From an uncultured virus (IMG/VR IMGVR_UViG_3300025849_000012) (taxonomy: Duplodnaviria > Heunggongvirae > Uroviricota > Caudoviricetes): DNA of 64,000 nucleotides. The stretch lies in the IMG/VR virus record IMGVR_UViG_3300025849_000012. The stretch is one strand, 5' to 3'. The notes below the pieces were generated by a model, which was not told the origin of the DNA, made no database searches, and was given only the letters and a program-made list of their open reading frames with translations. The position numbers and the translations under genes were made by a program. Positions 1-10,497 of the stretch are shown here, piece by piece. How positions within the stretch are numbered: the first letter of the stretch is position 1; every line of letters starts with the position of its first letter.

Positions 1-898
1 ATCCGAACCTCTTCGCAAACGTTTTGAGATCAATTGTTTCAAAACTACCAAACTCATCGGTTACTCTGAATCCAACTTTACCTTTAACTTCTACAGGTTT
101 TGCTGAATAATATTTGTTGCCTTGTCTAAGACCACCGATCTCAGATCCGTAGAAACCAAGCTTTTTCATTTTAGGAGCAGCTTCTTCAAGTTCTTCGTCA
201 AACATACCTGAATCTTTCATCATCTTGAGAGCATCTTTCTTTGCTCTTTCCATGTTAGACTTATTCATCTTTTCAACAGCTTGCTTAATCATCTTAAGAC
301 GTTTTGCCTTATCAGCAGGTGACAATGCCTCTTCAACTTCCTCTTTGCCCATTGCGTTTCCGTAGACTTTACCTTTAATTCTACTGTGACGATCTCCATC
401 TTTCTTGCCGTCTTTTTTCTTATCTGCTGCAATTTCTGCTGGAGTAGGTTTTCTATACCCTTCTTCAACGCCTTCTCTTGCGAATATAGCTACGGCTTGA
501 CCTGGACGAGCTTTAGGATACATTGCTTTAAATACAGATTCATGCCCCATTATAAATGTAACAAGATCTTCAAGAACGACAGTATCTAATTTAGACATAT
601 GCTTTGCAGCATCCTTTAATTTGCCAGCGCCAATCAGTTTGGCAACTGTTTGAAAGTCCCTCTTATCTCCACCGGTTTCTCTGCGAGCGGCGTCGTTGAT
701 TTCTTTTGCTAATACTTTTGATTCTGTATTAACATTTTCTTGAATGGGGTCAACCCCCTCTAAAATATCTCTAAACTTTTTCATTTTTGGTTTCCGTTTT
801 GTTGGTTGACCTGGAGTGTCTTGTTGTAGTTTTTGAACGAGTTCATCAGTACCTTCTTCGCCCGCTCCTCCTGTTTCTATAATTCTATTTATACTCAT
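1..898 (-). CDS. Putative internal head protein, runs off the window start; alternative start at 784 (MKKFRDILE)
   Basis: Open frame read manually from ATG 898 (MSINRIIETGGAGEEGTDELV...) through in-frame ATG 784 to the window edge. K/E-rich with repeated V/L-E-E motifs; TATAAATA late promoter at 886-893. Not in the ORF track. Confidence 0.7.
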   Translation of the reverse strand, partial: MSINRIIETGGAGEEGTDELVQKLQQDTPGQPTKRKPKMKKFRDILEGVDPIQENVNTESKVLAKEINDAARRETGGDKRDFQTVAKLIGAGKLKDAAKHMSKLDTVVLEDLVTFIMGHESVFKAMYPKARPGQAVAIFAREGVEEGYRKPTPAEIAADKKKDGKKDGDRHSRIKGKVYGNAMGKEEVEEALSPADKAKRLKMIKQAVEKMNKSNMERAKKDALKMMKDSGMFDEELEEAAPKMKKLGFYGSEIGGLRQGNKYYSAKPVEVKGKVGFRVTDEFGSFETIDLKTFAKRFG

Positions 899-2670
899 AC
901 CTTATCAGCAAGATCTTTATCTGCCTTTCCCCATGTTCCTGGTGATTTAGTGGCAAAACTGTTTACGCGAGCTAATCCCCATTGTACTGGAGTTGTACCA
1001 GGACGATGGCCTGTTCTCCAAGCAGCAACACCACGATCAAATACTTTCTTTAAAATTGCGTAAGGCATTCCTGATTTCTCAGCTTTATCCTTCAACGATT
1101 TTTCAGGATTCGATTTTTCAGATACAAACTCTACCTGTTCAATCAATTCGTGTAATTCGTTAATCTTTTGTTCTGTTATTTGAGATTCAATCTGTGCTCG
1201 TTGTTTCTCTAATGCCTCAGCTTCTCTTGCCTTGCCATACATCTTAAATCTATAATCAAAGTTTACAGTATTATCTTGTCTTAATAATTGGTGAGGTCTT
1301 TTTAAACCTGCGCGTTCCATATTACGATTAACTGCTTCGCCAAACATTTTCTTAAACTTATTTGAATGCTTAGATGGTTTTGTTTTAGCTTCTGCATCGC
1401 CAGGTGCCTTATCATAAGCATCAGGGTTATCATCATCCATCTTTGTCTTTTTATTAAAATGAGCTTGTCTTTTATCTTTAGTTGAACCACCTAGACCTTT
1501 ATAATATCCAGGCTGTTGCTTTTGTTGTTTTGATTCTTTGTCTTCTTCTTTTTGTAATCTTTCTTGAATTGATGCTGCTCGGTATAAGTCAATGTTAGAG
1601 GATTCATTTGCGGATCTTAGAGCCTTTTGAACTTCAGGATGTTTTGATAAATTGCGTTTTAGTTTATCAATTTCTTTTACTGCGTAATTCATATTACCTG
1701 CTAAATCCAACGCGAGCTCAATACCTAACTTAACATTCTTATCTCTACCTGCGGCTGATTTTGCTTTTGGATTATTCTTATAGTATTGAGCAACTTCAGC
1801 GCCTGTTAGTTTTTGCTTCCCCATTGGCGATAACGGATCAACTTTACCATCCTTAACTCTTTCGCCGAGGAATTGTTCTACTGCGTAATTCAATGATTCG
1901 GAAATACCTAAACCTTTACGAACATCGCTATATAAAGATAACCTCAATCTATCGTTTCTTGTTGGAATTCCTTTTGTAAATAAATCAAGATCACCTTCTG
2001 CAGCTGCAGCTCTTATCTTACTTGCTGACATACCTGAAACATCATCGCTGTCAGGATCTCTATCACCTGCAGATACAACTTTAATTGAATCGAATGTAAA
2101 ATCCTTTCCGTTGTATTTGTTTAATAGTGTTTCAAATTCTTTAACTCTATCAGAACCTACAACTAAAACAAGATCCTTATATCCTGTCTTTTGTATTTCT
2201 TTTGCTACTTCTATGATTGTTTTTGCTGGTGATTTAACGACTAATCTTTTACCAAAGAATGCTTGAGCATATTTGATTTTTTGATCGTATGTTAAAGGAT
2301 TCTTTTTTGCGTCTTGAGTTTTTGATAAGTAAACTAATGGAGTACCCTTTTCAGATATTGCTGTTGATACAATCTTATTAACTAATTTTTCATGACCTAC
2401 TGTTGGAGGATTCATGCGACCAAACGTAATAACAGCTTTATTCTGAACAGCTTCGTTAATACGAGGTTCAGTATCTATATACTTATTTGCGTCAAATGAT
2501 TTTGCAGAATCTTTCTTTAAGATTCCTTTCCCAGTATCTTGGTCTTTCTTCTTATCTTTGCGCTTCTTGATATCTCTGTTATCGGCCTGAGCGGATTTAT
2601 CGGTATCAGTATAATCGTCGATAGAGGCGCTCGCTTGAGACGTTGTATCTTTTTCGTTTAAGCGATCCAT
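895..2670 (-). CDS. Cytidyltransferase-like (HxGH nucleotidyltransferase) protein with C-terminal DUF5824-like domain
   Basis: TFGRMNPPTVGHEKL, VVGSDR and MSASKIR motifs typical of T4-like phage cytidyltransferase; C-terminal RGVAAWRTGHRPG..WGLARVNSF. Confidence 0.8.
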   Translation of the reverse strand: MDRLNEKDTTSQASASIDDYTDTDKSAQADNRDIKKRKDKKKDQDTGKGILKKDSAKSFDANKYIDTEPRINEAVQNKAVITFGRMNPPTVGHEKLVNKIVSTAISEKGTPLVYLSKTQDAKKNPLTYDQKIKYAQAFFGKRLVVKSPAKTIIEVAKEIQKTGYKDLVLVVGSDRVKEFETLLNKYNGKDFTFDSIKVVSAGDRDPDSDDVSGMSASKIRAAAAEGDLDLFTKGIPTRNDRLRLSLYSDVRKGLGISESLNYAVEQFLGERVKDGKVDPLSPMGKQKLTGAEVAQYYKNNPKAKSAAGRDKNVKLGIELALDLAGNMNYAVKEIDKLKRNLSKHPEVQKALRSANESSNIDLYRAASIQERLQKEEDKESKQQKQQPGYYKGLGGSTKDKRQAHFNKKTKMDDDNPDAYDKAPGDAEAKTKPSKHSNKFKKMFGEAVNRNMERAGLKRPHQLLRQDNTVNFDYRFKMYGKAREAEALEKQRAQIESQITEQKINELHELIEQVEFVSEKSNPEKSLKDKAEKSGMPYAILKKVFDRGVAAWRTGHRPGTTPVQWGLARVNSFATKSPGTWGKADKDLADKV

Positions 2671-2703
2671 TTAAATATTCCTAATTTTAGTTTGCTGATG
2701 TTT

Positions 2704-3387
2704 TTATTTATAATAATTAGCAAAGCTATTAATAAATTCGTAGTTTCTGTGTGCAGACTCATCCCAAATCGTTGATTCTCTTAAATAACCAACTGCTGGT
2801 GTTGGCGACATAATTGCTAATGGTATTTGAGTCTGTCTTTGTCCACGAATAAAGTATGCGTTATCTACTGCTCCTAATATTCCTTTTTGTTCTATTTCGT
2901 AAATAAGATTTTGAGCAGTTCGTTTGGTCATCATATATGCATGTGCACCTTCATGACCATCTATATTAATTATTTTCCGTTCTTGTTTATTTCCTTCAAT
3001 ATAGTTATATTCTAATTCTGTTAGCTTATAACCTAATGTAATCAAATAGTTATCTGGTATTTTTATATCTGGTTTATAATACATAATAGCATCGTGTTCT
3101 AATACAATACCAACTGTATCTTCACCTTCGGCAATTTTTTTCCAAATAGCAGCATGGCCTGCTGAACAAGTATTTGCTTTGTGATGCATATTTGGTTCGG
3201 CAACATATTCCATAGGCTCATGGAATTTCATTTTAATACCAGTTTGGCACCAAGCCATACGACCAGTGCAATGAGACCAACCTTCGAAGTATTCCCAATC
3301 TAAATCAACAAGATCGCAGGATTTAGAACAAGTCTTTGCGTATTCTCGAGACTTTGGATGGTCATGCGTTAATATGTAAGCCTTCAC
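2704..3387 (-). CDS. Glycosyltransferase family 25-like
   Basis: CSAGH..IWKKI, VLEHDA and GAHAY motifs. Confidence 0.65.
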   Translation of the reverse strand: MKAYILTHDHPKSREYAKTCSKSCDLVDLDWEYFEGWSHCTGRMAWCQTGIKMKFHEPMEYVAEPNMHHKANTCSAGHAAIWKKIAEGEDTVGIVLEHDAIMYYKPDIKIPDNYLITLGYKLTELEYNYIEGNKQERKIINIDGHEGAHAYMMTKRTAQNLIYEIEQKGILGAVDNAYFIRGQRQTQIPLAIMSPTPAVGYLRESTIWDESAHRNYEFINSFANYYK

Positions 3388-4103
3388 TTAAATTTAATTT
3401 CCTTATAACCATGCTCAAAACAAAACTCGTTAATCTTATCTATGTATTGATCTCTTGGAGGGCCAAAGTCATATAACATTTCTTCGAAAGGAGAATGATT
3501 ACGTGTGTTCTCAGCTTTCCTATGTTCAACATACGTAATGTCATCATAATGTTTTTCTAAATATTCATATAGTAATTTATCTTGATCTTCAATTCTGTAT
3601 GTAACATCTGGTTTTAAATAGTTTATCATATCATTAAACGCACATATGCTAACGATAGCACTCTCAATAGGATTTTTTTGTTCCATGCCATGAATACGGG
3701 CAGACCTCCATCTATGAGATATAAAATCTAATCTTTGTCTTGGGCTGGTGTTGACAACAAACGTATCTCCTTGTTTCTCGAAGTTAGAATGTATAGTATG
3801 TGGAGTTTCTGTATATACAATTGACGCTAATGATTCTCTTGGGTTTCTTACATTGTAAATTAAATGATCATACGCAGGTCTATGACTAAATTGATTTTGC
3901 CACAAAAAAGGACCTGTCTCAAATACTAAGAACCAAGATACAATTCCATCCTTACCGATGTTTTCATGTAAAACATCTAAGCCCCACTTGCGTAATATCT
4001 TTGATGTATAGCCAGTTCCTGTTCTTGGATGACCTATACCTAATATAGGAACATATTTACAGTTTTCGCCTTCTTTATAAGTAATGCGTTTACGTTCCCG
4101 CAT
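3384..4103 (-). CDS. Sulfotransferase-like P-loop protein
   Basis: GHPRTGTGY PAPS-binding-like loop, HE, VRNP, RIED. Confidence 0.55.
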   Translation of the reverse strand: MRERKRITYKEGENCKYVPILGIGHPRTGTGYTSKILRKWGLDVLHENIGKDGIVSWFLVFETGPFLWQNQFSHRPAYDHLIYNVRNPRESLASIVYTETPHTIHSNFEKQGDTFVVNTSPRQRLDFISHRWRSARIHGMEQKNPIESAIVSICAFNDMINYLKPDVTYRIEDQDKLLYEYLEKHYDDITYVEHRKAENTRNHSPFEEMLYDFGPPRDQYIDKINEFCFEHGYKEIKFK

Positions 4104-4766
4104 TTATACTCCATCCTTATATTGCTTAAGCCATGGCATTCCACCATCTGTTGCTGTTGAACCCCAATGCTGTTCGCAATATATTTTCCCAGGGCCGTCA
4201 TACCTTGGATAGCCTGGTCGGAACCATTGAGGTATAAACATGTATGATGGAAAGATATGTAATAGGTGTCGATGATTATCTAATAAACGCGCAAGATAAA
4301 AATTACCTGTAGATTCGTGTGGCTTTGGGTCTAATTGATTTGGTTTGAGCTGATGTAGGTTTCGTAGTATCTTATCAAGAAATTCGTTGCCTGGGTTTGC
4401 CGCCATCACTGGTGATATAGATCTTGGTATAACTGATTCACATTCAAATACAGTATATGCCAAACTTGGATCTTCAACAAATAATTCCGAAACGTCGTGA
4501 TAACATTCTGAGTCTGCTTCAGGCCAAAAGCCACCTCTCTCATATATTAACTCATAGCGAATTAAATCAGCAACTCCAGCCCAGGTACCTCGTCTATAGT
4601 ACTCTTCAATCAAATGCTGATTATACCATTTACGTTTATGTAACATGTCATCTGTGAACACGCTGTATTCCCAGTCAGGCATCTTTTCTTGCCAAGTATT
4701 CATCCACTTCAATGGAGCAGGATTTGGTCCTATCCATATATGTGTCATCTTCTTTTCAATATTCAT
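4104..4766 (-). CDS. Glycosyltransferase family 32-like (sugar-binding DXD region)
   Basis: HIWIG, ADLIRYELIYERGG..EAD, STG, HW motifs. Confidence 0.75.
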   Translation of the reverse strand: MNIEKKMTHIWIGPNPAPLKWMNTWQEKMPDWEYSVFTDDMLHKRKWYNQHLIEEYYRRGTWAGVADLIRYELIYERGGFWPEADSECYHDVSELFVEDPSLAYTVFECESVIPRSISPVMAANPGNEFLDKILRNLHQLKPNQLDPKPHESTGNFYLARLLDNHRHLLHIFPSYMFIPQWFRPGYPRYDGPGKIYCEQHWGSTATDGGMPWLKQYKDGV

Positions 4767-5296
4767 AATCTTTTAATATATCTCATTGCTGCAGCTGCGT
4801 TATCATTAGAGTCTAAATTTATATATCCGATGTTAAGTCGGTCAAACTGTTCTATAATTGCATCATCAATTTCTTTACATTCTTTTAGATCTTGTGCTCT
4901 ACCGTTTTGTTCAAAATCATCAGGTCTTGTTAGCATAAAGTTAATATTATGATTATATAAACAGTAACACTCAAAAGCCATTTTGTCAATTAGATCTGAA
5001 TAGATTGCTTCACCATATCTCTCACGATATATTGGACTTAAGAGTACAGGACTATCGGTAATAATATAATCTACCTTATCGGACAATCGTAATATCTTTC
5101 TGTGTTGATGACCGAGTACCCAAAGTTGATCTGCCAACATTGGTATGTTACCTTCCCATACGCACTCTTTAGCAAACTCATCCGTCAGTTCGACGTTATA
5201 GCCTGCGATTTTCATTTGATAGAACAAACCGGCAGCAGCGGTAGATTTACCTGACCCCGGCCCGCCGTAGAAGTTTATGACTGTTACATCTTTCAT
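4763..5296 (-). CDS. P-loop kinase, NadR/AAA_28-like
   Basis: GGPGSGKST Walker A, EFAK, ITDSP, GR.Q. Confidence 0.7.
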   Translation of the reverse strand: MKDVTVINFYGGPGSGKSTAAAGLFYQMKIAGYNVELTDEFAKECVWEGNIPMLADQLWVLGHQHRKILRLSDKVDYIITDSPVLLSPIYRERYGEAIYSDLIDKMAFECYCLYNHNINFMLTRPDDFEQNGRAQDLKECKEIDDAIIEQFDRLNIGYINLDSNDNAAAAMRYIKRL

Positions 5297-5341
5297 TGAG
5301 GATCACCTTATTCATATTATAGAATTTATATTATATCATAT

Positions 5342-6148
5342 TTAGGCAGGGTTGTCAACTAATATTAAATCAAACGATGCTGATAAAACACCGTTTGCTG
5401 CACCAATAGCTCTAAAGTCCATATCACTCTTTTCAGTAATTCGAATAGGAGAAGAGTAATGGATTGTGTGTTCCATTTGGTATAGCATAGTACCACCAGT
5501 AACTCTAAATGCTCCGCCAAACGGTCTTACAAAGAGTGATGCTTCAACAGCTTGGTTCTTACTAGAAGATACTTGCATATGAGTTAGGTAAGCAGTTTTA
5601 CCAGCAGGGACTGTATAAAAAGCTTGTAACGTTTGGCCACGACCTGCTTTAATAGAACTTACAATATCAGCACCGATCGTTGCAGTAACATTACCAACGT
5701 TTGTCTCTGTTACCATAAACATACGATTAATACGATGCCAAGTTTTAGTTCCTACAACATCAGCAGTACCAGCCAAAGTCAATGTTTCTGATTGAAAGTT
5801 ATAATCGGCATCTAATCCTTCAAGCGTAACATCAGTTGTATCACCAGCAAGGGATGAAGTAACAGTAACAACACCGGCATCACCAATTTCTCTCCAAGGT
5901 GCTAATTGATCTCCAATATTTTCGCCTTGCGTCCAAATAGTTGACCAGCCTACGCCGTTTGTACCATCAATGATGCCAAACTTATGTACCGCAGAGTAAC
6001 CGTCTAGTTCTCCGGCTGCTAAAGGAATATTAGATGCCTCGCCAAACGTATTGATAATATTACCATCTTTATCTGCCAGCATAAACGCTTCAAATAAAGT
6101 TTTATTACCTTGTAAATATGCTTGAGTTAGTTTGTTCCATATAGCCAT
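5342..6148 (-). CDS. Hypothetical beta-rich, probably virion structural protein
   Basis: G/T/V-rich; YTVPAGKTAYL motif common in phage tail proteins. Confidence 0.45.
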   Translation of the reverse strand: MAIWNKLTQAYLQGNKTLFEAFMLADKDGNIINTFGEASNIPLAAGELDGYSAVHKFGIIDGTNGVGWSTIWTQGENIGDQLAPWREIGDAGVVTVTSSLAGDTTDVTLEGLDADYNFQSETLTLAGTADVVGTKTWHRINRMFMVTETNVGNVTATIGADIVSSIKAGRGQTLQAFYTVPAGKTAYLTHMQVSSSKNQAVEASLFVRPFGGAFRVTGGTMLYQMEHTIHYSSPIRITEKSDMDFRAIGAANGVLSASFDLILVDNPA

Positions 6149-6164
6149 TGTTCTTGCCTACCTC

Positions 6165-6419
6165 TTAAATTTTTCCGTCATAATAGTTTTTGCTTAATTC
6201 ACCACGTTCTGCGGTTTCACCTTTTTTGCGTACCTTAACATATATTTTTTGAGCACTACCGCCTGGAGGTGTAAATGTTCTAACACCGGACGCTGTAGTT
6301 CCATTCGCATCAGAATACGTATCAGCAGCAGTGGCTGCGTTGTCATATTCCCAAATACAAGTATTAGCTATAGCATCTTCAGATCCTAAAACATCAACCC
6401 ATGCCATTATTTGTCCCAC
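6165..6419 (-). CDS. Hypothetical protein
   Basis: ORF in an operon, overlapping the upstream gene. Confidence 0.55.
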   Translation of the reverse strand: MGQIMAWVDVLGSEDAIANTCIWEYDNAATAADTYSDANGTTASGVRTFTPPGGSAQKIYVKVRKKGETAERGELSKNYYDGKI

Positions 6420-7636
6420 CCTTTAATATACTTGTCGTTAAAATTAGCATTACTAAAGTCAAGTCTGTCAACAAGCTTAACTGCGGTTTTACCCATGTGG
6501 TCAATAGCAACAAAGCCTTCTTGCCCTGTTACTTGAAGCCCGTCAGCTGTTCTAAGCAAAGTAGTTAAACCGCCAGCTTTATTTAATTTACTTATGATTA
6601 AAAGTTTTGCGTCAATAATTAAATTATATAAATCAAACATAGCAACTAATTCTTTGGTTGATGTTTTCTTAAAGTATTCTAATGTCGCGTCTTTTTTGGC
6701 TCGCTGTCCTCTTCTACCTTTATCGGTTTTTCGTTTGGCAGCTTCTTTTTCGTATATATCATCAATATACTTTTCTAAATCCTTTACAAACATACGAGTA
6801 TTACGTATCTTTTCACCGGCTCTAATTTTAGTATTAACAAAAGTTTTTGTTCTCATTAACGTGTCATTATTATTTGCTACACCATTTAATGTTGCTGGTT
6901 TTATTTTTTGGAATAAGGATCCTGCAGCTGATAATATTTTATTAACCTTTTCGGTTTCTGTAGCCGTCATCGTTGCCGTACCTGAAACATCTCTATATAC
7001 CGCGTCTACCGACCAACACGTTTTCGTTGTTTTGAGGCCTGAAGCGATCTCCTCTCCAAAACTTGCAGACATTTCTTCAAAGCTTGATCCTCTGTATACC
7101 GTATGCCAGACCACTCCGATTTTGGATTTGAGTATTTGCTTACCGAGGTTTGATGCCGTAGGTACCGCGTATACGATCGTATTAGGATGGAAAGTAACAT
7201 GCGGTTCACCCTTAATGTCCAATATTTTGAGATCTTTTTTATCATATAGAAAATCACCTTGTACTACACCTTTGATACCAAGTTTAGGAAACTCTTCTAA
7301 GGCTAGTTTTAGTTTTACATTTAAATCACCTGACGTGTCTGAATCGACATCGGCTGCTGTTTTATATACTTTAGGGTTCTTATTAAAAATACCCTTTTTA
7401 GCAACAAAGAATTTTTTGTCACTTGGATCAATCCCTGCAAATATTGCAGGTGCACCGTCCCATTTAACTGATACATTAACTTTGGATTTTGAACTACCTT
7501 GTAGCATATCTCTCAATGCTCTAAGGAAATTAATAGCAGAACGTGTACCATCAACACCAAGGTTTAATATTGAATCCTCAATATGTTCCATATGAACATT
7601 CTTTTCTTCAGCGAGATAGTTTTTAAAGCTTAACAT
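6407..7636 (-). CDS. DUF6267-like protein with ligase-type nucleotidyltransferase motifs
   Basis: KWDGAP (KxDG), QGDFL, EGFVA, VKLVDR; N-terminus MLSFKNYLAEE. Confidence 0.65.
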   Translation of the reverse strand: MLSFKNYLAEEKNVHMEHIEDSILNLGVDGTRSAINFLRALRDMLQGSSKSKVNVSVKWDGAPAIFAGIDPSDKKFFVAKKGIFNKNPKVYKTAADVDSDTSGDLNVKLKLALEEFPKLGIKGVVQGDFLYDKKDLKILDIKGEPHVTFHPNTIVYAVPTASNLGKQILKSKIGVVWHTVYRGSSFEEMSASFGEEIASGLKTTKTCWSVDAVYRDVSGTATMTATETEKVNKILSAAGSLFQKIKPATLNGVANNNDTLMRTKTFVNTKIRAGEKIRNTRMFVKDLEKYIDDIYEKEAAKRKTDKGRRGQRAKKDATLEYFKKTSTKELVAMFDLYNLIIDAKLLIISKLNKAGGLTTLLRTADGLQVTGQEGFVAIDHMGKTAVKLVDRLDFSNANFNDKYIKGWDK

Positions 7637-8926
7637 TTAGATACCGTTGAATTTTATGGCAAGATTAAACCCTTGCGCAATTTTGTTATCAGGAAGTGGT
7701 TTATTAGAACGTACTGACATGTTCATAGTTACAGTATTACTACCAACTAAATCAATAAACCAGTTTTGTTTTGATGAATCAGATTTATAAGCTCTAATAG
7801 TTTTTACAGTTGGAAGATGCGCATCTAATGCGTCTTCGTCAGTAACCATTTTATATTTAGTTCCTATTGCTTTTACAACAACTAATGGAACATTCTCGTC
7901 CTTTTTAAGAACTTGTTTTACTATATAATCTATGGTAGACTGTCTGTCTTTATTTACTGCATCAATCAATGAGTCTCTAATAGTTTCGAGCATTTGATCG
8001 TATTTGGCTTCGTAGTTCTTTGAATCTTTTTCTTTAGCGGCCTCTATCGTATCAATAGATTTTTCTTTTTGAGACCTAGTCTGCCAATCTTTTGGCAATC
8101 CAAATGACTTATGAGTTTGATTATATACGTTTGAAATAAGTTTATCCTTATCTTTTGTATAACCAAAATCGTCAAAGAATTTATTTACATATGTATTAAG
8201 TTGAGGCTCACGAGTTTTATCACCGCCTGCTTTTAATGATACACCAAGCATTTCACCTGTTTTAAATTCAACAAATAAATCGCCTTTATGAGATGCCGGA
8301 ATTCCTGGAGGTTTAGCACGATAACCCCAGTAAACTTGTTTAATAGGACTACCTGAATGTAACTCATCTAAATATTTTAAAACTGCCAAAGCATTTTCCA
8401 TTTTCTCTTTATATTTTGATGAAGACGGAAATGATTCAATAAACGCTTTACCTGCATCAGCATCTTTTTTATTTACGTAAACGCCATAATCTTTTTTAAT
8501 ATTCTTTTTCATATAGTCATAAAGACTTTTGACAGTATTAAATTTTTGACCTGACATGAATGCAATAGCTGGTGCAAGTTCTGTGATAGTAGAGTTAAGA
8601 GTTGTTTCAGACATGCCGCCTGATAATGGCTTATATGTAATACGTATTTTATGAGTTTTAAATGGTACTTCAGTTTGACCCGTAGAACCACCGCCTCGTT
8701 TTGCCGCATGTTTTATATTAGCTTTTTTCAAACGAGCTTCAACATCTTTTTTAAGTTGAGCACGATCGTCTTTTGGACCACGAATAACAATAGTCGTAAT
8801 AGACTTGGTACTTTTTGCAATTGTATATGGAAGTACAATGGCTTTACCTAGTTTTAATTGATCGCTTCTGTTTATTGCACGAATGTCTGTTGTCGCTTCG
8901 TTCAAAAATGTTTTGAAACGTTCCAT
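7637..8926 (-). CDS. Hypothetical PD-(D/E)xK nuclease-like protein
   Basis: KGDLFV...GVSLK motif; N-terminus MERFKTFLNEA; late promoter at 8956-8963. Confidence 0.5.
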   Translation of the reverse strand: MERFKTFLNEATTDIRAINRSDQLKLGKAIVLPYTIAKSTKSITTIVIRGPKDDRAQLKKDVEARLKKANIKHAAKRGGGSTGQTEVPFKTHKIRITYKPLSGGMSETTLNSTITELAPAIAFMSGQKFNTVKSLYDYMKKNIKKDYGVYVNKKDADAGKAFIESFPSSSKYKEKMENALAVLKYLDELHSGSPIKQVYWGYRAKPPGIPASHKGDLFVEFKTGEMLGVSLKAGGDKTREPQLNTYVNKFFDDFGYTKDKDKLISNVYNQTHKSFGLPKDWQTRSQKEKSIDTIEAAKEKDSKNYEAKYDQMLETIRDSLIDAVNKDRQSTIDYIVKQVLKKDENVPLVVVKAIGTKYKMVTDEDALDAHLPTVKTIRAYKSDSSKQNWFIDLVGSNTVTMNMSVRSNKPLPDNKIAQGFNLAIKFNGI

Positions 8927-8971
8927 AGTTAACTCCGTAGTACTTTGTTTAGAGTTATTTATAATAATTGC

Positions 8972-10402
8972 TTACATCAATTCGCCAGCACTAAACAAAT
9001 CTTTCTTTTTGACTTTACCAATATTACCTTTATCAAATACAGGACTATCATCACTAAATGATACTGAAGGTTTAGGCATAGAGTTAGCAACTGCTTGTCC
9101 TTGAGTGATACCTTTTTGAGCACTATCTTCTAAATCATATATCTGCATCTTTGCTCTATCAACACCAACAACAAATCGACGATAATGACTTAGGTCACCC
9201 CAACGGTTTTTAAGTTGCTTAATCATTAATTGTCCAAGACCATCAAGTTCTTCGGATGTAATTAAACCAAGGATACAATCCGCGGTATGAGTGATACCCA
9301 TTGACTCAGATGTATTTGTCAAATCAACATCAGTATTACCATAACCATCTCTATTGAACTGAGACGATGTAATCACGGCACAATTATATTCCATAGCAAG
9401 ACCACGGATTTCTTCAGCGATTGATTTAACTAATGTATATGAATTAGCAGCCGCGGCACCTTTAACTCGAGATGATGCGCAGATGTTCAAATAATCAATC
9501 ATAATAACATCTGGTTTGAAGTTACGTTTCATTCGCAACTCTGTTAATAAATGTCGGAAGTGACCAGTATGAGCAGAACCTGTCGGATATTCTTTAACAA
9601 CTAGTTTACCCGTGGTTTTACCTTTGATACGTTCCATTCTTTTATTATATACATCACGTGGCATTTCCGATACTTCATCAATCGTAATACCCATCATGTT
9701 AGCATCAATACGTTCAGAGATACGTTCCTCGGCCATTTCCATTGTAATATATAATACGTTTTTACCTTGAAGTAAAGCCGACGCGGCCGCATGACATTTG
9801 ACTAATGATTTACCACCACCGGTTGTAGCCAATAAGACTGTCATAGATTTACGAGGTAAGCCACCTTTGGTAATTTTGTTGAGCAATTCAATATCAAAAG
9901 GAATACGCTCTTCTTTCTTGTGGTAAAAATCATAACGTGATTCATAGTCTTCAAGGTAATCGTGGCCGACTGAACTATCAAAACTAATACTGAGTGAGTC
10001 TTGTAATAATGCAGGCAAACCGTCTTTACCGAGTTCAGCTTCTGATCCATCAACTACGAGGATTGCTTTACGAATTGCGTTATATAAATCGCGATCTTGG
10101 CAAAACTTTTCAGTTTCTTTTACAAGCCATTCTTGGTCTGTATCTTCGTCGCGTTTAAGAGTATCAACTGAAGCCATTATACTTCTGTAAGACTCTTCGT
10201 TCATATCTTTACGTTTGTCAAGTGTCAGTTTAAGTACCTCAACTGAAGGAGGATCTCTATATTCTTCAACGTAACTTGAATACGTTTCAAATATTTTCTT
10301 ATGGTTGTTGTCTTCAAAGTAATCTGTTTTTATGTACGGATATACTTTACGAAAATAATCTTCGTTAAATACGAGATTAGATAATACAGTGTTCTCTATC
10401 AT
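8972..10402 (-). CDS. 41: Replicative DNA helicase (T4 gp41-like)
   Basis: ATTGGGKS, TMEMAEE, KEYPTG, IDYLNIC, QLKNR. Confidence 0.95.
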   Translation of the reverse strand: MIENTVLSNLVFNEDYFRKVYPYIKTDYFEDNNHKKIFETYSSYVEEYRDPPSVEVLKLTLDKRKDMNEESYRSIMASVDTLKRDEDTDQEWLVKETEKFCQDRDLYNAIRKAILVVDGSEAELGKDGLPALLQDSLSISFDSSVGHDYLEDYESRYDFYHKKEERIPFDIELLNKITKGGLPRKSMTVLLATTGGGKSLVKCHAAASALLQGKNVLYITMEMAEERISERIDANMMGITIDEVSEMPRDVYNKRMERIKGKTTGKLVVKEYPTGSAHTGHFRHLLTELRMKRNFKPDVIMIDYLNICASSRVKGAAAANSYTLVKSIAEEIRGLAMEYNCAVITSSQFNRDGYGNTDVDLTNTSESMGITHTADCILGLITSEELDGLGQLMIKQLKNRWGDLSHYRRFVVGVDRAKMQIYDLEDSAQKGITQGQAVANSMPKPSVSFSDDSPVFDKGNIGKVKKKDLFSAGELM

Positions 10403-10497
10403 TATTGATTCCAGTGGCTGAGTTGAATATGGCGGCTCTGTAATTGAACCGCCATACCTTTATAATAATACATTTTGTTATAAATGTCAACTAAAAT

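Noticed and set aside
6594..7595. 333 aa plus-strand ORF
   Set aside because: Antisense shadow of the 6407-7636 gene; no RBS or motifs
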